Positions 40,525-50,170 of a DNA stretch of 64,000 nt are shown piece by piece. The position numbers and the translations under genes are program-made. Source of the stretch: Desulfomicrobium sp. (GTDB lineage Bacteria > Desulfobacterota > Desulfovibrionia > Desulfovibrionales > Desulfomicrobiaceae). Each line of letters begins with the position of its first letter. Position 1 is the stretch's first letter. The notes under the pieces were generated by a model. It was not told where the DNA came from. It did not search any database and saw nothing but the letters and a program-made list of their open reading frames with translations. The stretch lies in NCBI GenBank assembly GCA_040768745.1, contig JAXGMI010000002.1:320001-384000 (forward strand). The letters run 5' to 3'.

Positions 40525-41083
40525 TCGTGCCTCCTTGGCGGAACCGCTCGAAAATGCGGGCGACCTGTTCGCGGCCCTTGATGGGATGCGGCTTGAACGG
40601 GAGCTTCCCCCGCCTGAGGGCCTGCGGCGCCAGATCCACGTCGGTGAGTACCCGGCCCGAGCGGGCCATGTATTCGACCATCAGCCCCAATTCGTAGGCC
40701 CGTCCATGGCGTTCCACGGAATTCAGGAACGAATCGGCAAAAACCTTGACCGCCCTTTCCGTGGCGTACCCTGCTTCACGGGCCATGTGCCGGCAGACGT
40801 CCATGACCAGGGCCACGTCAATCTTGTTCGGACAGCGCGTGGTACAGGACTGACAGGAACCACATAGCCACAGGGATCGGCTTTTCAGCACTGCCTCCTT
40901 CTGCCCGGTCTGAATCAGACGCATGATCTGACTGACAGAATAGTCGTAGGCGAAGGTGTACGGACACCCCGCCGTGCAGTTGCCACATTGGTAGCAGGTC
41001 TTGATATTCTGGTGGCTGCGGGCTTCGACCTCGGCGACGAACTCGAGGTCAGCACTGGCAAGATCAAAGATTTGCATAGGCAT
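40517..41083 (-). CDS. hdrC: Heterodisulfide reductase subunit C
   Basis: CYQCGNCTAGCP, WLCGSCQSCTTRCP; start at 41083 or 41077. Confidence 0.93.
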   Translation of the reverse strand: MPMQIFDLASADLEFVAEVEARSHQNIKTCYQCGNCTAGCPYTFAYDYSVSQIMRLIQTGQKEAVLKSRSLWLCGSCQSCTTRCPNKIDVALVMDVCRHMAREAGYATERAVKVFADSFLNSVERHGRAYELGLMVEYMARSGRVLTDVDLAPQALRRGKLPFKPHPIKGREQVARIFERFRQGGTNA

Positions 41084-41385
41084 ACCCAACTTGCGGTAAG
41101 GAACGGCGAACCGTCCGGTTGACAGAGATTCAATCCAGGGAAACCAACGAGAATTGCTCCATTTTGACACATCACCCCACTGCCAGGATGACCTGAAATG
41201 ACACAGAATGGTCCAAATAAACGGACAGTTCCGGGACTTGGGGAAGCGTGAAGCAGCATTAGTGCCATATTCCCCGATAAAGGGACTTGTCTAGCCTTGA
41301 TGGCCTAGGAGGCCATGGGCGGCACAAGGATCGATTCCTGACCATGCAGCTTTCTGTAGGCTATCTTCACCGATATGATAATATT

Positions 41386-41499
41386 TGTCTAGTCTTATAT
41401 GAATGGAATTTTTTTGTAATATGGGGCGGAAAATGTGAAAATCCGGAGAAGACTTCTTGAGATTAAATCGTCCCATTTTTAAATATGTCTAGTCTTATA
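41386..41499. repeat. Direct repeat TGTCTAGTCTTATA x2, exactly 100 bp apart, upstream of hdrC
   Basis: Identical 14-mers at 41386-41399 and 41486-41499; partial copy TGTCTAGCCTT at 41288-41298. Confidence 0.8.
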
Positions 41500-41523
41500 G
41501 GAATAAAAAAATCGCTCAAGAGG

Positions 41524-41581
41524 AAAAATCCCTGGCCGCCCATTCTTTCGAAAAGTGATCAGCGCTGTGCGGCCAGGGATT
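41524..41581 (-). terminator. Probable terminator after lpdA
   Basis: 13-bp inverted repeat AATCCCTGGCCGC (41527-41539) / GCGGCCAGGGATT (41569-41581), 29-nt loop, short T-run on the minus strand. Confidence 0.5.
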
Positions 41582-41595
41582 CGGCTGCCCGGGAA

Positions 41596-43008
<1,413 letters not shown>

Positions 43009-43053
43009 GGATTAATCCTCCACTGATATATTGCGGTAATCCCGTGCCTGCTC

Positions 43054-43440
43054 CTAGGCCTCGACCTGGGCCTTGTACTGGGCAGCGGTAATGGTGGCCT
43101 CGTTGGGATCGTCGGCCTTGATACGGATGAGCCAGCCCTGTCCATAGGGATCGGAGTTGACCAGTTCGGGTGTGTCGTTCAAGGCAGCATTCACCTCAAC
43201 CACCGCACCGGAAAGGGGGACGATGGCCGGGGACACGACCTTGGCCGACTCGATCTCGGCGCAGGAAATGCCCTGTTTGAAGTGTGCTCCGGCCTCAGGC
43301 AGGTCAATGAAAATGACCTCTCCCAACTGGTCCTGGGCAAAATCCGTGATGCCGATGACCCAGGATCCGTCAGCGGCCTGCTTGGCCCAGAGGTGTTCGG
43401 CATGGTAACGGCGATCGTCGGGGTATTTCAGTTCAGACAT
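43054..43440 (-). CDS. gcvH: GcvH-like lipoyl carrier protein
   Basis: H.W, IGITDFAQDQLGEV, EIESAKVVS (lipoyl Lys), VNSDPYGQGWL. Confidence 0.92.
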   Translation of the reverse strand: MSELKYPDDRRYHAEHLWAKQAADGSWVIGITDFAQDQLGEVIFIDLPEAGAHFKQGISCAEIESAKVVSPAIVPLSGAVVEVNAALNDTPELVNSDPYGQGWLIRIKADDPNEATITAAQYKAQVEA

Positions 43441-43478
43441 ACAAGCCTCCTTGTGCGTATGCGCGGATTCAAACGGTG

Positions 43479-44300
43479 CTAGTGCGCCTCGGGTTTGCGG
43501 ATTTCAGCCTTGACCAGGACATTGCGCACCTTCGATCTGTACGGCAGCAGGGCCTGACCCTCCAGCGGTTCCAATCCGGCGTTTTGGGCCGCCTCCACAA
43601 AAACAGGCAGCATGCGGTTGCCGCAGGCATCCAAAACCATCTGGGCCGCCTCGCCGGCCTCGGCAGGGGTGATGCGGGTCATGGCCCCGCCCTCGCCCGC
43701 GTAAGCGGAGACGACAATGCGGATCAGGTGGTCGGCGTGGGACCGGGTCAGGGAGATGCTCCGGTTCAGATCCTCGAGATCGATGGGACCACCGGCAACA
43801 GTCGGATACAAGCGGGACGGGGCCACAATGTCCAGGACCATGCGGGAAACCGTTCCTTCGTCCAGAATGGTCTTCAGCAGGTCCGAGCGACGTCCGTCCG
43901 AACGCAGCTGCACGGTCAGACCGCCCTTGGCCAGCACCCGGATCAATGTCGAGAAATTCTCTTCCTGCCCTGCGGGACAGGCCGAAACATTGAGACCGGA
44001 AATCCATCCATGGAGCAGCTCGCTGCGGGTCACGCAGCTCTCCAGGACCCGGCCGGACAGGAGGTAGGCCAGAATTTCGCCCGTGCCCTGCTTGATGACA
44101 TTGCCGTCATCGAAGATAGGGAACTCCACTCCCTCGGGGTTGCGGTAGATGGAGGACCGGTTGGCCCGGTAGTAGTTGTTGAAAATATCCTTGTCTTCCT
44201 TGAAATCGTAAGCTGTGTAGCCTTGGCCGCGCTTGGCCAGGAACTCCTTGACGATCTTGCAACGCAGGCAGTTGGGCGCAGTATACAGTGTAATGCTCAT
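43479..44300 (-). CDS. Glutaredoxin-domain protein fused to a degenerate radical-SAM-like barrel
   Basis: MSITLYTAPNCLRCKIVKEFL...VEFPIF.DG Grx/NrdH fold; C-terminal part resembles NrdG-type activase strands without CxxxCxxC; GGAGA SD. Confidence 0.75.
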   Translation of the reverse strand: MSITLYTAPNCLRCKIVKEFLAKRGQGYTAYDFKEDKDIFNNYYRANRSSIYRNPEGVEFPIFDDGNVIKQGTGEILAYLLSGRVLESCVTRSELLHGWISGLNVSACPAGQEENFSTLIRVLAKGGLTVQLRSDGRRSDLLKTILDEGTVSRMVLDIVAPSRLYPTVAGGPIDLEDLNRSISLTRSHADHLIRIVVSAYAGEGGAMTRITPAEAGEAAQMVLDACGNRMLPVFVEAAQNAGLEPLEGQALLPYRSKVRNVLVKAEIRKPEAH

Positions 44301-44312
44301 GATCGCATCTCC

Positions 44313-44346
44313 AAAAAAAGCGGGAGAGGTCGGAGCCCTCTCCCGC
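44313..44346 (-). terminator. Intrinsic terminator-like hairpin between the sulfotransferase and Grx-fusion genes
   Basis: GCGGGAGAGG-7 nt-CCTCTCCCGC perfect 10-bp stem followed by T7 on the minus strand. Confidence 0.75.
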
Positions 44347-44353
44347 AACGGGA

Positions 44354-45805
44354 TTATTTCTTATCGTCATCGTCAACAGAGGCCACGCACAGGGCGTTGC
44401 TTCCGCCGTAGGGCACACATCCGTCCACGGTCACTTCCTTGGCGCGATCGCCCAGGGCCGCAGCGCCGGGTACGCGGAAGGAAAACACATCCAGGGGCTT
44501 GATGGGCGTTTCGGCGGGCTTCTTGACCTGCGGAACCCACTCGTAGGGTACCCGGTAGGCGCGGTACGTCATGTTCATGGGGACGTGTTTACCCCAGTAT
44601 GGGGAGATGAACTCCCACACGATCTTGTGGTCCGGGGTGACCTCGAACACGCGGCCATCGGAGCCTTCGGTGATCAGGGTGTTGCCGTTGGGCAGGCGCT
44701 GCATGCCGCTGATGAAGGGGCTGTAGAAACGATTGCTGTCCATGGGGAAGAGGAAGCCGGCCTCGCTGGGCGTGTACTGCCAGACAATCTTCATGGCCAC
44801 CGGGTCGATCTCCAGGACGCGGGAATAGTCGCGCAGGGCGGCCTTCACGCCCGTGGGGGATCCGGGGTTGGGCACGTCGTAGCCGCCCCATCCGCCGTTG
44901 TCGAAGATCAGGATGTTCCCGGCTCCCGGCAGCCCGGCCGGAATCATGTGGCAGTGGTGCTGGCCGATAATCCAGCCGATGGCCTTGAGCTCGGGCGTGG
45001 AGTCATAGTCGGGGCCCAGCTTCCAGACCACCTTGCCGCTCTTCTTGTCGATGATGAAGGTGATGTTGGCTTCGCGGCCGTCGACAATGATGTTGTCCGG
45101 GTGGAAGCGCTGGTCGCCGGCGTCGTACCACTTGTTGGGCCCCAGGACGGACATGGAGTTGATGTGCATCCAGTCGCCCATGCCCTCGGGCTTGGTCGGG
45201 CGGTAGTTGGGGTTGCGGGCCAGGGTGTTCTTGGGGCCCTCGCGGAAGCCAAACTCCTCGAAGTGCTCGTGACAGTTCCACTCCCAGACGATCTCACCTT
45301 CCCAGTTCACCTCCAGGATGAGGTCGTCCAGGAGCTGCTTGTCGGAAATGGCGGAATTGCGGGCGTTGCGGTGGGCCAGGACCAGGGTGTTGCCGGAGTC
45401 GGTCTTGGGCTCCATGCCCGGGGCGTAGTAGCCGACGGGATTGCCCTCGCGCTGGAAGTCATGATGGTAGCGGGCTATCCAGCGGCCCTCGTAGCCCGGG
45501 TCCTCGATGAACTCGTTCTGGTCGAACTTCCAGACGACCTTGCCTTCCCAGTCGACCTGAACCACGTCAATGCCGTCCTGGACGCTGAACTTGCCATCCC
45601 GTCGGCCGCGGCTGGTCATCAGGTAGCCGCCGGGGAAGATCTTATTGGGCATGCCGAGCACGCCTTTCCAGACGTTGACCTCGCGGCCGTTCATGTCCAT
45701 GAGCACGGCGCCCACTTCCTGGGCCTGAAAAATGGTGAGCCCGTTCCAGCACTTCTCGGGATCATAAACTGTTACGCCAGTAGGATAAATTGTCGGATGA
45801 CCCAT
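44354..45805 (-). CDS. Arylsulfate sulfotransferase (ASST) family beta-propeller, no signal peptide
   Basis: YHHDFQR, DWMHINS, DGREAN, GQHH, FDNG, SRVLEID, QRLPNGNTLITEG; N-terminus MGHPTIYPTG is not hydrophobic. Confidence 0.85.
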   Translation of the reverse strand: MGHPTIYPTGVTVYDPEKCWNGLTIFQAQEVGAVLMDMNGREVNVWKGVLGMPNKIFPGGYLMTSRGRRDGKFSVQDGIDVVQVDWEGKVVWKFDQNEFIEDPGYEGRWIARYHHDFQREGNPVGYYAPGMEPKTDSGNTLVLAHRNARNSAISDKQLLDDLILEVNWEGEIVWEWNCHEHFEEFGFREGPKNTLARNPNYRPTKPEGMGDWMHINSMSVLGPNKWYDAGDQRFHPDNIIVDGREANITFIIDKKSGKVVWKLGPDYDSTPELKAIGWIIGQHHCHMIPAGLPGAGNILIFDNGGWGGYDVPNPGSPTGVKAALRDYSRVLEIDPVAMKIVWQYTPSEAGFLFPMDSNRFYSPFISGMQRLPNGNTLITEGSDGRVFEVTPDHKIVWEFISPYWGKHVPMNMTYRAYRVPYEWVPQVKKPAETPIKPLDVFSFRVPGAAALGDRAKEVTVDGCVPYGGSNALCVASVDDDDKK

Positions 45806-45908
45806 GATGCACTCCTTTTTTGTTGTGTGAAAGAAAGCCCGAACAAATCGGGAACATCCTTGACTTGCAGTATTTGTGATATGTCTAGTTGCAAAAAAAA
45901 TTTGGCGC

Positions 45909-45924
45909 TGTTGCGTTTCTTACA
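45909..45924. promoter_or_regulatory. Candidate Crp/Fnr-type box upstream of the ASST gene
   Basis: TGTTG-CGTTTC-TTACA, 16-bp TGT-N10-ACA pattern; matches the box at 47171. Confidence 0.5.
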
Positions 45925-46336
45925 CTTGACCGCAAAAATTTTTATTTTCCTTTTTGCAGGGAGGGTGAGTGCACGTTCAGGCAAAGCGTCCCGGACGTCT
46001 CATGCTGTTTGGGATGGAGATATGCAGGCTTGACTGGAGGGTCTGAACCCGATGCGGGATTCCCGGTTTTTTCGTTTCCGGACAAGAGGTGAGAGCGTGC
46101 CCACAGAATGGTCCATCCCCCCTGGCGAGATTGCCGGCGGGAATCTCGGATTGGACAATACAACAAGAGGGGACGCGCAGTGTGGACCGGTTCGGCAGGT
46201 TCATTAGCGCTGCCGCCCGGGACTGCACCCGGCTGCCAGAACATGGCATGAGGCAAGGGAATGGCGTCAGGCCTTGCTTTACCCTGCCTTCGTTGAGCAG
46301 GGCAGTGCAGGAGAGATGATCGAGGGCGGAGCGGAC

Positions 46337-47041
46337 CTATTCGTTGTGAAAAACCAACTCCCTGAAACGATCCTTGTCCAGGATATACACTTCGCTCCGC
46401 GAATACGGGCTGAGGACTCCTTCCTTCTCCAGCTCCCGCAGGGCCTTGTTCAGGGTGACCCGGTGGACCCCGAGCAGGTTGGCCAGTTCCTGCTGATTGA
46501 GGCCCGGAGACACGAATTGCGCCCCTCCTTCCTGGTCCTGTTCGTTCTGGCGGAGGTGCAGGAATTTGCAGATGCGCGAGGAGAGGTCATCAAGGCTGAG
46601 ACAGACAGTCTGGTTGCTCAAAATGCGCACTTTCAAGGCCAGAGTTTTCAATAAGGCCAGCATCAGGTCCGGATGGCGCGGCAGGATTTCTGACATGACG
46701 CACTGGCGCGAAAAGGAATACGCTATACAATCACTGGCCGCGACCATTGTACTCCTGGGCGCAAGTTCATCAAAAAATGGCGTTTCACCGAAAAGCGAGT
46801 CCCCTCCGATGGCCCAGATGATTTTTTCCCTTCCGTCCATGGAGGAACGGGTCAGCCAGATTTCCCCTCGATCCAGGAAGAACAGGGCCCGCGGCCCGAT
46901 GTTTCCTGGATAGACCTGGGTCCCTTTCGGGAACTTCATCCTTCTGCCCTGCGAGAGGACCTTGCGCCAGCATGCGGCCTGCGCTGGAATGCGGCAGAAC
47001 TCCAGTTCCTGGCGGCACACTTCCCGTTCTTTCTCAGTCAT
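46337..47041 (-). CDS. Crp/Fnr family transcriptional regulator
   Basis: DGREKI, LFGE.PFFD effector domain; LNQQELANLLGVHRVTLNKALREL HTH. Confidence 0.92.
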   Translation of the reverse strand: MTEKEREVCRQELEFCRIPAQAACWRKVLSQGRRMKFPKGTQVYPGNIGPRALFFLDRGEIWLTRSSMDGREKIIWAIGGDSLFGETPFFDELAPRSTMVAASDCIAYSFSRQCVMSEILPRHPDLMLALLKTLALKVRILSNQTVCLSLDDLSSRICKFLHLRQNEQDQEGGAQFVSPGLNQQELANLLGVHRVTLNKALRELEKEGVLSPYSRSEVYILDKDRFRELVFHNE

Positions 47042-47170
47042 GTTCCGCTTCCTACATGTATAGACAGGTCCCGTCAAAGGGCCGATGCACATTTCAGTCA
47101 GCGTTCACGATCATCGGAAACCACCCCGAGCTGCTGCAAAAATGCATTTTTTCAGAATGTTCGTGAAAAT

Positions 47171-47186
47171 TGTGGCAATTGTTACA
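47171..47186. promoter_or_regulatory. Candidate Crp/Fnr-type box upstream of the DASS transporter
   Basis: TGTGG-CAATTG-TTACA; possible -10 TATTGT at 47209-47214 gives class II-like spacing. Confidence 0.55.
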
Positions 47187-47244
47187 GCATGAAAGGGTCG
47201 CCCGTTTTTATTGTCGGCCAACACTTTTTTTCAAGGAGATACCC

Positions 47245-48648
47245 ATGGCTGCAAACCCACCCGTAATAGAAAAAGGAACCCTGCTCAAATGGGCGTTGAG
47301 CCTCGCTGTTCCCCTCATCGTCTACTTCGCCCTGCCCGTGGATGGCACCACCGTGACCAAACCCATGGCCATGTTCCTGGCCATCACCGCGTGGGCGGTC
47401 ACGGTCTGGGCCACAGATATCATCAACGAAATCGCCGTGGGCTTGGCCCTGCCCGTACTGTACATCGTCTTCTGCGGGGTCAAGCAGCAGGTCGTGTACA
47501 CGCCGTGGCTGTCCGAAGTGCCCATCATTGTCATCGGCGGATTTGCCCTGGGCAAGATTCTGCAGGACACGGGTCTGGGCAAACGCATCGGGCTGACCTG
47601 CGTAAGGGCCATGGGCGGCAGCTTTATCGGCGCCCTGTGGGGCCTGACCCTGGCTGTGTTCATCGTCGCCCCCCTGGTCCCGGCCGTTATGGGCAAGGCG
47701 GCCATTTTCTGCGCCATCGCCATCAGCCTGTGCGAGGCACTCGATTTCAAGGAGAAGAGCCGCGAGGCCACAGCGGTGGTCCTGGCCGCCTGTCTGGCCG
47801 TCATGTCCACCAAGGTCTGCTACCTGACCGGCGGTGCCGACAACGTCCTGGGCATGGGCCTGATAGAAAAGATCACGAACACCAAGACGACGTGGATGGA
47901 ATACGCCTACCACAACTTCCTGCCCGGAACACTGTACACCATCATGTCCCTGGTGCTCGTCACCCTCCTGCTGCCGTCCAAGGTGGACTCCAAAACCCTG
48001 CAACCTGTCCTGGAAGCCAAACTCAAGGAAATGGGCCCCGTAACGCGTGAACAGAAGACCGCGGCCGTGCTCATGCTGCTGACCCTGGTCCTGCTGGCCA
48101 CGGACAAACTGCACGGCGTTGCGGCAGGATTGGTGCTCATTCTGGTCACCTTTGCGGCCTTTTTGCCAGGCGTCAATCTGCTGAACGGAGCTCGGTTTGG
48201 AAAGATCAATTTCGCCCCGCTGTTCTTCGTCATGGGCTGCATGACCATCGGCAGCGCCGGCGGAGCCCTCAAGGTCACCGAATGGGTCGCCAACGGCCTG
48301 CTGCCCTATTTCCACGACATGAGCAGCTCCTATGCCAGCGCCACGGCCTACGTCTTCGGCGTGGCGGTCAATTTCCTGCTCACCCCCTTGGCCGCAGTCA
48401 CGACCATGACCTCGCCCCTGACCGAACTCGGCGTAAAATTGGGCATGGATCCCCGCATGCTTTACTACTCCTTCGCGTACGGCCTGGACAATATCATCTT
48501 CCCTTACGAATACGCGGTGCCATTGTATTTCTTCAGCACGGGCTACATTGTTTTCAAAGACTTCATCAAAGTGATGGCCGTGCGCATGGTTCTGGCCGGG
48601 GTGTTCATTGCGTTTGTCGCCATCCCCTACTGGAAATTCGTGCTCTAG
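47245..48648 (+). CDS. DASS/SLC13 (sodium:sulfate/dicarboxylate symporter family) permease
   Basis: Multi-pass hydrophobic protein; FLAIT.WAV..W, TGLGKRI, TWMEY, FPYEY; AAGGAG SD before ATG 47245. Confidence 0.82.
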   Translation: MAANPPVIEKGTLLKWALSLAVPLIVYFALPVDGTTVTKPMAMFLAITAWAVTVWATDIINEIAVGLALPVLYIVFCGVKQQVVYTPWLSEVPIIVIGGFALGKILQDTGLGKRIGLTCVRAMGGSFIGALWGLTLAVFIVAPLVPAVMGKAAIFCAIAISLCEALDFKEKSREATAVVLAACLAVMSTKVCYLTGGADNVLGMGLIEKITNTKTTWMEYAYHNFLPGTLYTIMSLVLVTLLLPSKVDSKTLQPVLEAKLKEMGPVTREQKTAAVLMLLTLVLLATDKLHGVAAGLVLILVTFAAFLPGVNLLNGARFGKINFAPLFFVMGCMTIGSAGGALKVTEWVANGLLPYFHDMSSSYASATAYVFGVAVNFLLTPLAAVTTMTSPLTELGVKLGMDPRMLYYSFAYGLDNIIFPYEYAVPLYFFSTGYIVFKDFIKVMAVRMVLAGVFIAFVAIPYWKFVL

Positions 48649-48737
48649 GGCTGGTCAGCACCAGCTGGCTGTTCGGACAGTCACCCTGCCCGGAACGCCT
48701 TTTACCAACTCTTTGTTGATACGACTTCATGCCTTGC

Positions 48738-48772
48738 ATCGCCCCAGCCTTTTTGGCCGGGGCGATTTTTTT
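48738..48772 (+). terminator. Intrinsic terminator after the DASS gene
   Basis: ATCGCCCCAGCC-ttttt-GGCCGGGGCGAT stem followed by a T-run. Confidence 0.7.
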
Positions 48773-48918
48773 GCCGCGTGTTCCGGATCCATTGGCGAAA
48801 AGGCGCCGGCTTTTCGCACAGGTCGCCTTGGCGCATGCGAAGATATCCCGGCGGAATGGATACGTCCTGGACCGGGGACCCCAACCGCCCGCCGAGGCCC
48901 GCCCTCGGCCGATCGATT

Positions 48919-48956
48919 TGTGCGCTGCACTTGAATATGTGCGCTGCACTTGAATA
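48919..48956. repeat. Perfect 19-bp tandem duplication TGTGCGCTGCACTTGAATA x2
   Basis: Units at 48919-48937 and 48938-48956. Confidence 0.9.
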
Positions 48957-49021
48957 TCGTTGAAATGAGGGGCAGAATGCACTTGTTCTCAACATCCAAA
49001 AACTCACGCACTGGAGGTCAC

Positions 49022-49540
49022 ATGGAGTTCATGGACGTCATCCATACCCGCAGGAGCATCCGCAAGTATCTGAACAAACCCGTATCGTCGGCGATGGTGG
49101 AGACCATCCTCAAGGCGGCCATGGCTGCCCCCACGGCCGGGAATCAGCAGCCATGGCACTTCATCGTCATCACCGACCGTGCCAGGCTCGACGCCATTCC
49201 TGACTTCCATCCCTACAGCAAAATGGTCAAACAGACACCCGTGGCCGTGCTCGTCTGCGGCGACCCCGAAGGAAAAAAGTGGCCGACATTCTGGGAGCAG
49301 GACGCCAGCGCCGCCACGCAGAACATGCTTCTCGCGGCCCGTGACCTGGGTCTGGGCACGGTCTGGGTCGGGGTGTATCCGGATCAGAACAGAATGAGTG
49401 GATTTCGCAAGCTGCTCAATATCCCCGACAGCATCATCCCCTTCGCCCTGATCCCCATTGGGTGGCCAGATGAAGATTTCGTGGCCAAAGACAGCTTCCG
49501 GCCTGATCTCATCCACCACGAAACCTGGGAAGCAAAATAA
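49022..49540 (+). CDS. Nitroreductase family flavoprotein
   Basis: RRSIRKY, APTAGNQQPW, QNMLLAA..LGLGTVW. Confidence 0.92.
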   Translation: MEFMDVIHTRRSIRKYLNKPVSSAMVETILKAAMAAPTAGNQQPWHFIVITDRARLDAIPDFHPYSKMVKQTPVAVLVCGDPEGKKWPTFWEQDASAATQNMLLAARDLGLGTVWVGVYPDQNRMSGFRKLLNIPDSIIPFALIPIGWPDEDFVAKDSFRPDLIHHETWEAK

Positions 49541-49686
49541 AATATGGGCTGGAATCGAGCGATACGCGCACATTCAGCACGCATCCAATCCATTCCAGCC
49601 CATTCCCTCCATTCATCCCTTTGCCTGCTCCGCTGACCGTGAATTGACACCGCACAGTGGCGGAGACCGACATACCGGCTCGAAAC

Positions 49687-49711
49687 AGAAAAGCCGGGAC
49701 ATGCCCGGCTT
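49687..49711 (-). terminator. Terminator hairpin between convergent genes
   Basis: AAGCCGGG-acatg-CCCGGCTT with a T-rich tail on the minus strand. Confidence 0.55.
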
Positions 49712-49738
49712 CAGAAGAAATTGTGCCTGGCTAGGCCG

Positions 49739-50152
49739 CTATCTCCCCGCGTGCGCCCCGGCCTCCCGGATGCGCTCGGCCACATAGCTGACCAGTTCCT
49801 CGTCGGCCTCGTCCACGTTGAAACACCTGGCGTCCTCCCCCAGAATGCCCTGGGGCACCCAATCGCCATGGTTCCCCCGGTCCGTGACCATGTCCTCGTA
49901 AAAGCAGACTGACAACCAGCGCAGCTCCGGATCGTCGTCAATGACGTCGATGAGCACGAAGAGTTCCCGCTGATGATCGGGATGCGAACCGCGCAAGGAA
50001 TAGGTGATGCCGGGACGGGCCTTGAACGAGATGACAACGCCGCCGACAGATTCCAGGGCCTGACGAAAGGTTAAAAACGCGGCTTTGGCATCGCAGTTCT
50101 CCCACTCTGAGGTGAACGCCTCCAGTTCCGCCAGAGTATTTTCCATGTTCAT
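49739..50152 (-). CDS. Hypothetical protein
   Basis: 137-aa ORF with AAGGA SD; RPGITYSLR, DVIDDDP..RWLSVCFY, GEDARCF look like conserved blocks. Confidence 0.72.
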   Translation of the reverse strand: MNMENTLAELEAFTSEWENCDAKAAFLTFRQALESVGGVVISFKARPGITYSLRGSHPDHQRELFVLIDVIDDDPELRWLSVCFYEDMVTDRGNHGDWVPQGILGEDARCFNVDEADEELVSYVAERIREAGAHAGR

Positions 50153-50170
50153 TCCGTGTCCTTCATGGGA

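Noticed and set aside
37189..41083. Selenocysteine recoding in the Hdr/FlxD subunits
   Set aside because: ORFs are continuous, with Cys at the motif positions and no in-frame TGA
45930..46336. Small ORFs or ncRNA between ASST and the regulator
   Set aside because: ORFs have no recognisable motifs; only short generic hairpins seen
47160..47179. Rex operator (TTCGTGAAA...)
   Set aside because: Half-site only; the right arm does not match, and the overlapping Crp-type box explains the region better
48919..48956. CRISPR array
   Set aside because: Two adjacent units with no spacers and no cas genes
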